Below, piece after piece: positions 1 through 13,150 of a DNA stretch of 64,000 nucleotides. Source of the DNA: Salpingoeca rosetta (lineage: Eukaryota > Protista > Choanoflagellata); the NCBI GenBank assembly GCA_033442325.1, contig JAWQFM010000012.1, positions 746,122-810,121 of the forward strand, read 5' to 3'. The position numbers and the translations under genes are program-made. Under the pieces are notes generated by a model that was given only the letters and a program-made list of their open reading frames with translations, searched no databases and was not told the DNA's origin. How positions within the stretch are numbered: the first letter of the stretch is position 1; each line of letters starts with the position of its first letter.

Positions 1-276
1 GCTCTTCTCAGACACGTTTACGACACTGACCAGGAGCAGCTGTATGCGACGTGGTGGTACGACTCCCGTGTGACTATCCTTTGTCTGCTGTTGTACCTGC
101 TGGAAGAACATGTCCCCGCCCCGGACGAGCCCTGTTGCTGCAGCAAACTCCCGGAGGGAAACGACCTGCGTTGGGTGGGCACTGCTGCCACCACTGCCGC
201 CGTTCGCCGCAGACACCTTCGCGCGCTTTGCAGCTGACATGACGCTGGCCCCTCCTGACGTAGATACCTCCAGCAT
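1..276 (-). CDS. 5' part of a gene running off the left edge; hypothetical protein, possibly with an RMI1/TDRD3-type OB fold
   Basis: Stop-free minus frame from ATG at 276 to base 1: MLEVSTSGGASVMSAAKRAKV...VVPPRRIQLLLVSVVNVSEKS. It is missing from the ORF track because there is no stop in the window. The OB-fold resemblance is weak. Confidence 0.45.
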   Translation of the reverse strand, partial: MLEVSTSGGASVMSAAKRAKVSAANGGSGGSSAHPTQVVSLREFAAATGLVRGGDMFFQQVQQQTKDSHTGVVPPRRIQLLLVSVVNVSEKS

Positions 277-570
277 ATCTCTGTTCAGCGATCAAATAAC
301 AACGTTGAGCTATCTGTTGGCTGGGAGGGAGGGAGACAACAGAGCAAGGGTGGAGACAAGGCTTAATGATCGCACACCGCTTCGCGTGGTGAGTGCGTTA
401 ATGGATGCTGTCAAGCTGAAGCAGCTATGCGTGCGCGCGTGTGAGAGTGTGTGTGTTCACATCTTGCCGCTCTTACTTTCTTGCTTCTGTTTCACAGCGG
501 CGCACAAACGATTGTTGTTTCTTTCGTACATCGGCTTCTCTTTGCTGCTGCTTTGGAGTGCAAGAGCGAA

Positions 571-584
571 TTTTCCCGCCAAAA
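571..584. promoter_or_regulatory. E2F-like site TTTTCCCGCCAAAA
   Basis: Contains TTTCCCGC, an exact TTTSSCGC match, and reads TTTTGGCGGGAAAA on the other strand. It lies ~300 bp upstream of the left-edge minus-strand ORF. Confidence 0.4.
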
Positions 585-985
585 TCTCGTTCAAAACACC
601 AAAGAACGTACACGTGGGCAATTGGCTGTAGAGTCATCACATCACCATACCAGCCAGCGTGTACAGCGACGGAATGGAACACGAGCCTTTCGTAACACCT
701 TGTGATCCACTGGTCTCACTCACACCCCCACATGCACCGACCACGCTCAAGGCCACCAAACGAGAAGACGAGAAGTTCATCTCAGACCACACACGCGTAT
801 CTTGTATTCTCATCAAATTTGTGTTCACAACTCCAAACCAACCACACACACACACACACACACACAGAGACACACACACCCACACACCCACACACACAGA
901 GACACACACACACAGACACACAGACACACAGACAACAGAGCCGTCGAACAAAGTGAAAGGAAAGAAAGAGCCACAACACGCACGC

Positions 986-1195
986 CTACAGCTCGCCACA
1001 CGCCACAATCTTGACCTTCTTCGTGGGCTTCCCACTCTCTGTCCCAACATCCTGCAATAGCAAAGGGAGGAAATGGCCCACGCGCGAAGCGAAGCGCAGA
1101 GGGTGCAGACGTGAGCATGCCAGCGAGCCACCAACAAGTGCAGGATGTAAAATCCACGCGTGCGCAGGCGAAGGGGCATTGGGAAGCAAAGAGCT

Positions 1196-1287
<92 letters not shown>

Positions 1288-1711
1288 TACACACACACAC
1301 ACACACACGCACGCACACACCACACGCGCGCGCGCACACACAAACACACACACACACACCTCGATGCGCTTGAGGAGCGAGTTGCCTTCGACAACGTGGC
1401 CAAACACAACATGCCTACCATCAAGCCTGTGACAATGCCAAGGATGACCGAGTGGGCAGGTGAGAACGTGCAGGCTCCAGGTTGACCCAAAACAGCAGGA
1501 AACACACCCACCCACACCCACACAAAGAGTGCGCACCAGTCTGTCTTGGCGAACGTGAGGAAGAACTGCGAGCCGTTCGTGTTACTGCCACTGTTGGCCA
1601 TGGAGAGGGTGCCTGCAATGGTCGCACATGGGGGTGAATGAATGTCAAAGAGCATGAAACAAGCAACACTCACACACGAGCACATCTGCACGCACACGCA
1701 CACACACACAC

Positions 1712-1800
<89 letters not shown>

Positions 1801-2137
1801 CGCACCTGGGCCCTGGTGCTTGAGGTCGAAGTTTTCGTCTCGGAATGTCCTGCCGTAGATGGAGCGGCCGCCCGTGCCGTCGCCGCGCGTGAAGTCGCCG
1901 CCCTGCGCCATGAACCCTGCACGTGGCCGTGGTTGTGATGGTGACCATGGTGATGTGTGTTGTTGGTTTGTTGTTGACTTTTTTTTGTGGGGGGGGGGGC
2001 AAAGCAAACTGGCGCACAAGATCGTACTAGCGACAGCACGGAATGGATTACAGGTGCATGCACAGCGACGCAGACATGAAAGCAAAACACGCCAGCACAC
2101 ACACCCACACACGCACGCACACACACACACACACACA

Positions 2138-2174
<37 letters not shown>

Positions 2175-2525
2175 CACACACACACACACACACACGCACC
2201 ACACACACACACACGCAAGCACACGTACCTGGGATGATTCTGTGGAAGAACGAGTTTTTGAATCCAAATCCCTGCTCATGTGTACACAGCTGGCGGAAGT
2301 TCTCAGCTGTGCGCGGCACCACATCCGCCCGCAGCTGATGGCCACGTTCCCATGCAAACAAACAAAAAAACAAGGGAAGAGGGGAAGGGGATGGTGGACG
2401 ACGAGACGTGAGCACACGTGCGCGCGTGTGTGTATGTGTGTGTATGTGTGTGTGGTCCGTCCCCGAGCTCGTTGCACTTGCGGTAGTTTCAAACCAGACA
2501 CACACACACACACACACACACACAG

Positions 2526-2564
<39 letters not shown>

Positions 2565-3633
2565 CGCGCACACAAAGAACAGCAGCAGTACATACGCCAC
2601 ACCTCGATGATGAGCCTGCCGGAGGAGCGGCCGCCAATGGTGACGTCCATGAAGATGCGCGGGTTCTCTGCACGCGCCTTCTTCGCCACAGGCGCCTCAT
2701 CCTGTCAGGCACGCGTGCCATGAACGCAGCAGCGTGAAGCCGTGCACGCCGATTGCGCAGCGCGCAGGAGCAGCGTCACACTTACACGAGCATATGATGG
2801 TGCGCGCACTGCACGCGCGTACGCACAGAGGTACCAACGCACCCCGTGGCACGCACCCGCCCACGGCTTCTCTCCACCCACATCCCAGCCACGCATTGCC
2901 CACTACAGCCAGGTGACATGCATGCGTACGCGCGCACCTCGCTCGCGCCGACGGCGGCCGATCGCTTCTCGAGGTCAGCCCGCGCTGCGTTTTTGCCCTC
3001 TCGCATCTCCTTGATGAGGTCCGATGCATCCTGCTCACCAGTCTCGGGCCTCGGCCTTTGTGTCGTGTACGCCCGAGCAGCTCCGCCTCGTGCTGTGTCG
3101 GGCCAGGAGAAGATATCGGCCGTGAACATACTCACAGGTACAGTGCACAAGCGCATGGATGCACACCCTCATGTACTCGCCCACACGCACTCAAGCACAC
3201 AAGGACAAGAGTATACAAGAACATCAACACACAAGCACACAAGCACACAAGCACACACACACTGGCGTGACCATATTGAGGGCGATGCAGTACGGACCAT
3301 GTTGTCAATGGCAGCATTTGCGTCCTCAACCATCTCAAACTCAACAAAGCCAAAGCCCCTGTGTCCATCTATTTACAGCAACGACACGAGCAGAGCAAGA
3401 GCCAGCGAGCGTGAACATGAGGACAGTGAAGGCAGTACAGCACATGCAGACTGTTCAGGCAGTGGGGTGAGCAGCATGCAGCCATCATCCAATTGGCCAC
3501 CTGTGTTGGGATCCATGGGGATCTGAACATCCACGAGATCTCCAAAGGGAATGAACGCTGCCCGAAGCATGTCTGTATCGACGTCCTCGGCCAGGCCGCC
3601 GACATAGAGCATGCGCTTGTTCACTTGGCTCAT
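986..3633 (-). CDS. PPIE: Peptidyl-prolyl isomerase E (Cyp33): RRM + cyclophilin, ~9 exons
   Basis: RRM: [18 protein letters not shown] and [22 protein letters not shown]. Cyclophilin exons: [92 protein letters not shown]. The exon at 2938-3092 is ambiguous. Confidence 0.95.
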
Positions 3634-3739
3634 CGTCGCAGGTGTGTGGTGGCAGTGAGCGACCGCGGTTCGTCGTTGTATTGGTGGTTAAAATTTATGG
3701 TGTCGGAAACCGAATCTCAAGGCGCTGCTCTGTGTTGTG

Positions 3740-3880
<141 letters not shown>

Positions 3881-4144
3881 CGTCCGCGCTTACGTTGCGC
3901 AGCCTATGCGTGCTTTGACATTGCGTGCTGTGTTGGTTGGTGTATTGGCTGACGTGTGAGAGACACCATGCACTGGCACGAGTGCATGCAAACGTGCGCT
4001 TGCTGTAATGATTGATTGGTTGGTCGGGCAGGTAGTTGCAGCAGGGGTGTGGAGAGTGGAACAGTGCGTGAGTCTCATGCTTTCACTCATGCGTTCACGC
4101 CACCATCCCTCCGTCCCTTCACATCCCCTTCACATCCCCCCTCG

Positions 4145-4314
4145 CTACTTGGAGGCGTCGAGGCGCAGCTCCTCTGGGCAGTCTGGCTGCTTGGTCGGCA
4201 TGGCGGCCTCAAATTCCGGCAGCTCGCCAAGCGCCGCCGCCACGCGCTGGATTGTCGGGTACTGCGACATGTCAACCTTGAACCTACACCGCGCGTCCGG
4301 GGTGGAAGGGGGGA

Positions 4315-4354
<40 letters not shown>

Positions 4355-5415
4355 AGAGACAGTGCGTGCGTGCGTGCGTGCGTGCGTGCGTGTGTGTGTG
4401 TGTGTGTGAATGAGGGGGGAAAGCCATCTTCCCTGTTTGGTTGCTTCTCGAAGAACAGGCATACGAAACACGCACATTTGCACACGCACACACACACACA
4501 CATATGTACACGTACCGCTCGGCGTTGAAGACCTGAGGAACCAAGCAGAGGTCCACCATTGTCACCTGCAAAAGCAATAAGCCAGCACTTGCATTGAGTA
4601 GTGCATCATAGCTCAGCAACACACAGAACCACACACACAACACACACAGAGCTACACACACACACACAACGTACACAGCACACATACCGTGTCGCCAAAA
4701 CTGTATTTGCCCGCAGTCTTCTTCAGCTCGCGCTCCAGTGCTGTCGACACACACGTGCAGTTGCACACACACGTGCATTAGCAACTGTGAGAAGGCAATT
4801 CGCTGCCCATCGGCTTCACACACACACACACACACATGCACAAGCACACACACACACACACACACACTTACACACTTGCACAAGCACGCACCTTTGAAAC
4901 CGTTGTTGATGACCCATTGACCCCATTCGACCTTGTGCTCAAGGCCGTGCTTCTTCAGCACACGCAGATTCTGCACCGGCTGAATGCCCGAGGCAATGAT
5001 CTGGGACAAGCGGCGGACCTGTGTGTGCATGTATGTGTGTGTGTGTGCGTTTGTGTGTGTGTGTGAGTGCATTTGTGTGCACATGTGTGCTTGCGTGTGC
5101 ATCAACTGTGACTGAGAGTGGAGAACACAAAGACACACACACACACACACATATACACACAGAGCGTACACACATACACACACAGAGCGTACACGCTGCC
5201 GTGAGTACAACAGTACAAGTGCACGACACCTCGGCGCGTTTGAACGGGTCGTCGCGAGGAAGCAGCGGGTTCTCCGGTCGCGTCTCATCAAGGTACTCGA
5301 TGATGGGCAGCTACAAGCGCAGTCATGCCATGCAGTCATGCCATGCAGCCATGCGAGGGAGTGAGGGGCTGATGCTGTGCGTTTGCAATGTACATGTGTG
5401 CGCGCGCGTGCGTGC

Positions 5416-5503
<88 letters not shown>

Positions 5504-6077
5504 ATGCGTGTGAGCTTCGGCAGCTCTGAGGCAGAGTACACGACCCAAATGCAAGTAGCGTTGCTGGACTAAGGAATACCGATTGGGTGAGAGTGTGGCC
5601 GTCAATCTCAAGTGCTGGAAGCTCGCCCATGGGGTTGACGTTGAGGAAGTCGTCTCCAAGCTGTTGTGGTCATTCATGGTGAAACGTGTGTGGGTGAGTG
5701 CCACGGACGTGCGAGTGCGCAGGACAAGAGCGACACCACGCGTGCCCTAGCTCCACATATACACACATAAACGCAGTGTTTGCACGGACCTGCTCTCCCT
5801 TGAGGAGGTTCACGGCCTTGTATGCATACTTGACCTTCTTCAAGTTAAGGGCTGTGAAGTAAGTGGAGTCGGGGGGAGTGAGTGAGTGTTGCTTTGTAGA
5901 GTGTGGTGCTTGAACGAAGGGACAACGTGAAACACACACACACATGTGCAGATACACACACACACACATACGCAGACACACACACACATATACACATATG
6001 CAGACACACAACCACGTACCGATGCGCACACGCCAAGAGCACGAGCTGCGGAAGTATGAGTACAAGGTGGCCTCCAT
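4145..6077 (-). CDS. GSTZ1: Glutathione S-transferase zeta / maleylacetoacetate isomerase, ~8 exons
   Basis: MEATLYSYFRSSCSWRVRI|ALNLKKV..VNLLKGEQ; NPMGELPALEIDGHTLTQS; IIEYLDETRP; IIASGIQPVQNLRVL; TMVDLCLVPQVFNAER|FKVDMSQYPTI..FEAAMPTKQPDCP. The zeta-class SSC motif is present. Confidence 0.95.
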
Positions 6078-6596
6078 CGTGTGGGGTTGTTCACTGGTCG
6101 CGTTTCTTGTGTGAGATGATTGAGATTTGATTTGTGTGTTGTTTTTGCTGGTGCTGCTGTTTGTGTGTGTGTTTTGAGCACTGCCACCAACCTCCTCCCC
6201 TCCTCGCGTCATGTCACATCACATCACCCTTTTAATTGTGGCTTGGTTGGTGTTACTTGGAACAAGCAAGCACTCCAAGCACAACACGGGAAAAGCTACT
6301 GGCTTGCTTGGAGGCATGAAGGCGTGCGTGCGTGTGTGTGTGTGTGTGTGTGTGCGTGTGGGGGTATGGAAGGCGAGGGAGGTAAGCACATACCAGCAAA
6401 GACGGCGCGTGAAGCGTCAAGGAATAGCGGTAAACTGTGGCACAGTGCGTGCGTGCGTGCGTGTGTGTGTGTGTGTGTATGTGTGTAGTTCCTTTGTGTG
6501 TGCTTGTGTGTGCTTGTGGGGGGTCATTATGGGTCATCGTGATTCGTCGTGTAGCGTTAAAACCAAAAGGGTGGGGGGGGGGTTGATAGGACGGCT

Positions 6597-6799
6597 CTAC
6601 TTCTTGGGCGGCGGCGGTGGCGCAGCACCGCGCTTGGCGGCGCCATCAGCGCGCTTTGCAGACCGAGCGGCAATCATCTCCTCTGCAGACATGCCCTTGC
6701 CCAGGAACTGCGCAATGGACGGGTCGAGGCCTGGCCGGGCAGTCGCAAGCAAGGAGGAGGGGGAGGAAGAACAGCCATATGCGGGATGCCATGTGAGCC

Positions 6800-6877
<78 letters not shown>

Positions 6878-7552
6878 GACAGATGTTGATGAAAAGAGAA
6901 AAGGGGTAGGGAAGTGAGTACCACCAGCATGGCGTGATGTGTGTGAACGGTAAGGACAGGGAGGTGGTCTGAACATGCGTAGCATGTAGACGGAATGTGC
7001 AATGCAAGGGAGCTGTTTGTGTGTCGCTGCGAGGTCTGTTCGCGAGCGCATTTGGGCACTCGCCACATGCAGGGCACCTTCCTTCAGCGCACTTACCACT
7101 CAGGTCCATGCCTGCCATCTCGGCCTGGTTTGTGAACTCCTCAACACGCTGCAAGGGGAAGCAGAGACAAGCAGGTGGAAGAAGAATGCACGAAAGAGAG
7201 AGAGAGAGGGAGAGAGAGAGACAGGGTGAGCAAGAATGGGTACGGGCATGCAACAACGCTGCTGGCAGGGTAGAGAATGCACAGCAAGTGCGAACACTAA
7301 GGGCATTGATGGTGCATCACAGAGACCACATGACGTGACACGAAGATAGAAAGAGGCGTATGATCACAAGAACACACAACGCGCGCACACACACACGCAC
7401 ACACACACACACACACACATGCCGCCGACAACCACCTTAGCCTTGAGGTTCTGGAGAGCTGCCTGGTTCTTTGACTTGACGTCTTCAGCACTGCCACCTT
7501 TCTCGCGTGCAGCGCGCAGCTGTGCCAGCTTCTCTTCCCGGGATGCTGTCAT
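6597..7552 (-). CDS. Small (~100 aa) basic hypothetical protein, 3 exons
   Basis: Exons 7552-7436, 7148-7097 and 6730-6597 join in phase via GT-AG: MTASREEKLAQLRAAREKGG..NLKAK|RVEEFTNQAEMAGMDLS|GLDPSIAQFLGKGMSAEEMIAARSAKRADGAAKRGAAPPPPPKK*. Confidence 0.7.
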
Positions 7553-7656
7553 GGTGATGCAGCATTATGATGAGGATGACTTTGGAAACGCTTGGACCAG
7601 GACACGGCACAGAGACACAGAAACACAGACACAGACACACAGACACACACAGACAA

Positions 7657-7718
<62 letters not shown>

Positions 7719-7948
7719 CTACGCACGCACCCATTGTTGTTGGTGTGTGTCGTGGGTGGAGGTGGGTGGAGTCGGTCAGCGATTGTGGTTGTGCAGGCAA
7801 GAGAATGGCAAAATTCCATTGCGGGCAAAAGTCAGGTTTGTCGTGTTTTTGAAAGGATGACCTCAAATGGGCTGTTTTGTGCATTTTCAGCTCTGCCACG
7901 TACACCACGAAACCCCAAACCGAAGCAAAGCAGACAAACGGACGGACG

Positions 7949-10704
7949 ATGATGAAGGCTGTGGTGCGGGTGTTGGCTCTGGCGCTTGCCGTTGTGGCGG
8001 TGGTTGCTGCCTCTGCCAGTGCGTACGAGGAAGAGGATGGCGTGATCGTCGCCACAGACAGCAACTTTGACGACATCATCAAGGAGCACGAGTTTGCCCT
8101 GGTTGAGTTTTACGCCCCGTGGTGCGGCCACTGCCAAGCTCTCGGTGCGTGCAAGCAAGCAATGTTGTTGTCGTGGTTCCTGGGTGCTTAGTGCATGGCG
8201 TGGCAGTGCGTGTGTGTGTGTGTGTGTGTGTGCATGCGTGTGTACGCGCGCGCGTGTGTGTGCATGTGTACACATATATACTTGTACTTGCACACATGTG
8301 CTTGTGTGTGCGTACTTGTATGCACATGTGTGCACGCGTGTGTTTGGCAAGTCGAATTCGCCGCTCCGACGAATATCTCACACCCTCCCCTGCACTCACC
8401 CACTACCCTCACACGCACACACACGCACACACACGCACACACACACGCACACACACACGCACACACACACACACGTACACATTGCTGCTGCAGCTCCGGA
8501 ATATGCCAAGGCTGCCCAGACGCTTGCGGAGAACGACTCCCCCGTGAAGCTGGTCAAGGTTGACTGCACCGAGCAGGAGAAGCTTTCTGAGCGCTACGAG
8601 ATTCGCGGCTTCCCCACCCTGCGCTTCTTCCGCAACACGGTCGACACCGACTACACTGGCGGCCGCACCGCAGATGAGATTGTTTCCTGGGTGACCAAGA
8701 AGAGCGGCCCGCCCGCCGTCGATGTGGAGGACGTCGACGCCGCCAAGGCCCTCGCCGAGGACAACGACATTGTCATCTTTGGCTTCTTCGATTCCAAGAC
8801 CAGCGACGAGGCCAAGGCCTTCATCGACGCCGCCGGCGCCAGCGACAACATCTTCGGCATCTCCACCAACGCTGACGTGGCCAAGGCCTATGGCGTGTCC
8901 GCACCCGCCATTGTTGCCGCCAAGCAGTTTGATGAGCCCCGCGTGACGTACGAGGGCGCCCCCGACGATGCCGAAGCCATCAACGACTTTGTGGCCACGG
9001 AGTCCCTCCCTCTTGTCATTGAGTTCACCAATGAGAACGCGCCCAAGATCTTTGGCGGCGCCGTGCAGGTGCATCTCCTGACGTTTGTGAAGAACGACCA
9101 CGAGAACTTTGAGAAGATTGTTGACGCCATGAAGGCGGCCGCCAAGGACTTCCGCGGCGACATCCTCTTTGTCCACATTGACAGCAGCCGCGACGACAAC
9201 ATGCGGTCAGTCCTGTGTGTGATTGCGTGGCTGTGTGTGTGTGTGTGTGGCTGTGTGTTTGGTTGTATATGTGGCTGTGTGTGTGGCTGTGTGTGTGTGT
9301 GCGTGTGTGGTTGTATTTATATGTGTGTGTGGTTGTCTATGTGTGTGTGGTTGTCTATGTGTGTATCTCTTTCTCTCTCTCTCTGTGTCTCCCTGTCTCC
9401 CTGTCTTTCCCGCTCTCTCCCGCTCCGCCCGTCTCTCTGTCCCCCGTTGTGGTTGTTTGGTTTCCCTGGGCCGAATTATGCCACGTCCTCATTTCGCTGC
9501 ATGTCTGCCGCTCCATACCCCCCCCCCCCAATGTCTCTCCTCACCTTCATCCTTGTTCCACCCCACCTAGCATCCTGGAGTACTTTGGCCTGAGCGAGAG
9601 CGACCTGCCCGCCGTGCGCATCATCGATCTTGCCAACAACATGGCCAAGTATGCTCTCGAAGGCGACATCACCGCAGACTCCCTCCACGAGTTTGCATCC
9701 AACTTCAAGAAGGGCTCCCTCAAGGTATATTTGCGGCGCCCAGACTCTCGCTTCTGTGCGCGCGCGTGTTTGCTTGCGTTTGTGTGTGTGTGTGTGTGTG
9801 TGTACATGTTACTGTTACTGCGTACTGCTTACTGCTTACTGCTTACTGCTCCTTGCCTTGATCGGTTCGCCTCTCCCTCCCTCCTCACACTTACCCCCCT
9901 GCACAACTTGTGCCCATGCCAACCCTGCACGGCAGCGCCACCTCATGTCTGAGGAGACGCCCGACGACTGGGACGCTGAGCCCGTGAAGGTGCTCACCGG
10001 CAACAACTTTGCCGACGTCGCCCTCGACAGCTCAAAGAACGTCTTTGTCGAATTCTGTACGTTGCAGCCAAAGTCACTCTCACACACATATTTGTGCATG
10101 CACGCACCCCGTTTGTTCCATGCCATGCCTGCACGCAATCCACGAAAGACACCTGCAGCACGTGCCTAACCACACACACACACACACTCACTCACTCACT
10201 CACACGCACACACGCACATGCACACACGCACTCACGCACTCTTCCTTCACGCACTCTTCCTTCACGCACATGCACACACTCATGCACTCATACACACGCT
10301 CTCACACTTTTCCTTCACACCCTCTTCCCTGTGCTTGTGCAGATGCGCCGTGGTGCGGCCACTGCAAGCAGCTTGCTCCCATCTGGGACAAGCTTGGCGA
10401 GAAGTTTGAGGGCGTGGACAACGTTGTGATTGCCAAGCTGGACGCCACCGCCAACGAGCTGGCAGACATTGTTGTGGAGAGCTTCCCCACGCTGAAGCTG
10501 TTCCCTGCAGACTCGCAGGAGGCCGTCGACTACGAGGGCGGGCGCACGCTCAAGGAGCTTGTTGCCTTTGTCAACGACAACGCCGCCGCGAGTGTGGAGG
10601 TGACTGCGGAGGACGAGGCTGCAGCCGGCGAGGGCGGCTACGACTACGGCGAGGAGCCCGAGTACGAGGACTACACCGAGGGCACTGGCCACGACGAGCT
10701 CTGA
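7949..10704 (+). CDS. P4HB: Protein disulfide isomerase (a-b-b'-a'-c), 5 exons
   Basis: Signal peptide [25 protein letters not shown], two APWCGHC sites, acidic tail and C-terminal HDEL. Exons are approximately 7949-8144, 8494-9205, 9571-9724, 9936-10057 and 10343-10704. Confidence 0.97.
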
Positions 10705-11633
10705 GCCCCACCCACACGAAGCGCACCCATTGTGTTGCTCCCCTCCCAACACACATGGTCCTCTGTTTCTCTGTTTGTCTCGCTCTCTCACAACTTCCTC
10801 ACAACTCTCTCACTCTCACACACACACTCTCACAATTCACATGTGCGCGTACACACATTGTTTCTTACCTTGCCTGCCCCAGTATTGTTTGTCACAGTAC
10901 ATTCCCCCCCCCCTTGGGCGGTTTTGTCGTGTTTTCGTTGTTTCGTGCACGTGCCTGTACGTGTGCGGTGGCGTGGCTGTTATGTCGTGTGGATTGGATT
11001 CTGTGCTGCTTTGCTTTGTCGTTAGCCTTGGGGAGACCTTGTCCTCCCAGCCAGGCACATCATCCATCCATCACGCCTGCCCTCGCGTTTTCCCCGTGTC
11101 AGTACATGTGTGTGTGGTATGGCATTGCGTTTACAGAACTCTGCAAGTGTGCGTATGTAGGAGCAAAAGTGTGGGATGAGCACAAAGTGTGGGTGTAGGA
11201 AGGGCGGCGAGGCAAGTCATGTGGCACACAAGGCTTGGCGGTTGGAGATGTGCGTGTATGTGTGTGTGTTCTGAATACATTCACACTGTTCACTCTTGTT
11301 TCGACACGATGGCTGATGGGAACAACAAAAGCAAATAGGGGGATGGCATGATGCCATGAATAAAACAGCGAGGTGGCAATGCTGCTAAAACCAAGGCGGC
11401 GGGGGTTGATGCCGCTTCCAGGAATGAGCGCAAATCATGAGAAGTGCATGTGTGTCGTGTGTGTGTGTGTGCATGTGTGTCTCGGTTGCCTTGTTTTCTT
11501 CCCATCTCTCTCTCCCCTCCCCCTCCCCCCTCTCTCCCCCCCTCTCTCTTTCTCCCACACGCGCACACTCCCGACATGTACTCTGCCTCGCTCTCTGTCC
11601 CTGTCCCTGAATGCAAATTGTGCATCTGTGTGT

Positions 11634-11870
11634 TTAAGTTTCCAGCTCAGCGCGGTTGATGCTGCGGGTGAGCTGCTGCACCCATTCCGAGGCCGCCTCG
11701 GGCGTGGGCGCCACAAACGAGTACACGCGCTCGTCTGTTGTCAGCGAAAACCGGGTTGGTTCCGCCGCATCCCAGTCCACGCTGACGCCCTCCCGAATGT
11801 TCACCCATCCAATCGCTTTCTCTGTTGGTGCGCACATGACAAGGCGTGTGTGTGTGAGTGAGCGAGGGAG

Positions 11871-11908
<38 letters not shown>

Positions 11909-12944
11909 TGTGTGTATGTGTATGTGTATGCATGTGTATGTGTATGTGTATGTGTATGTGTGTGTGAATGAAGAGAAAGGCAGAAAACAACAGTGGGAGA
12001 GGAGGTGCACGAGAGGCTCGACTCAGTGGGGGAGCATGGGAGTGAATGGCATCTATTCCTTGTTCATGGAATCACACAGCCTTCGCCAAGGCGACATGCT
12101 CGCGTTTGTCCAACAACAAAGGTTAGAGGGTCATGGCGTACCTTTGCCTGTGATGGTTTGGAAAGGATAGTACTTGAGCACGGTGTCCCGCAATACAAAC
12201 CACCTACATGATGATTGTGTATATATGCGTGCGTTTGAGTGAGCAGTGAGAACAGAGGTTCAAGCCAGTCAACACAGGCGCACTGCTCGCACAGTGACGC
12301 ATTGCTCGCAAAACCACATACACACGCTGGATCACACGAGACGCACAAATGCGCAGATACACGAATGCGCATTGCAGCACACGCGCACATACCTCGACTT
12401 CCAGTTCTTGCGTGCAAACAGGCTGCCTTGGTGTCTGCCACGCTGGACCTTGCCCCCGCCTTTCTTCTTCAGCCACCCCATTTTGAAAATGCGTGTGTCG
12501 ATGGGCGCCTCCGATTCCAACGGCTCCTCTTGCTGCTCTCCAAATGCGCACAAAAGGTGTTCGAAATTAGAAAAGCGAGGGGGAGGGTGGGATTCGGGGT
12601 GCATGAGTTGGAGTGGCACGGCGAAACAAACTGGATGCGTGGCAGTGCACACACACACGCACATGTAAGTGCAGGCGAGCCACGCAAGAACAACCACAAA
12701 CAAAAAGTGCAGGCGGCCATATAACAATGTAATTTAACATCACACAACCCATTCACATCCACACACCCACCCACACACCACACCCACACACACACACACC
12801 CACACCCAACAAGACACACACCTCTTGAAAGTGCTCCTCGTCGGAATCCAGGCCGTCAAACCCTTTCAACTCCTCCACTTCATCTTCTTCCCCTTGTTGC
12901 TGCTGCTCTGCAGCTTGTTTCACTACCACCTCCTCGTCCGCCAT
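11634..12944 (-). CDS. Small single-PH-domain protein with acidic N-terminus, 4 exons
   Basis: MADEEVVV..DSDEEHFQE|..FKMGWLKKKGGG..FARKNWKSR|WFVLRDTVLKYY..|EKAIGWVNI..FSLTTDERVYSFVAPTPEAASEWVQQLTRSI. All PH strands and the Trp-bearing terminal helix are present. Confidence 0.9.
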
Positions 12945-13150
12945 CGCCTTTGTTGTTCGTTGTTGGTTGTTGTGTTGAGGTGGACTCAGTTGAAGAAATG
13001 TATCTGGTATCTTTAACAAATTTCCCAACTGCTTTGGCGCACTGCGTTTCCGTTTCTGTTTCCGTTTCCGTTTCCCTTCCTGCTCGCACCTGGCTCGACT
13101 TCCACAAGCCCCTCGCCTGCATCGAGCCATCAACCTACGCCGCTGTTGTC

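Noticed and set aside
637-2721. Long ORFs rich in CVCVCV or HTHTHT, here and throughout the window
   Set aside because: They are translations of intronic (TG)n/(CA)n tracts, which contain no stop codons. They are not metal-binding proteins.
8409-9176. 255-aa antisense ORF inside PDI (similarly 62079-63011 and 20094-20744)
   Set aside because: They are shadows of GC3-biased coding sequence on the opposite strand, with no motifs of their own.
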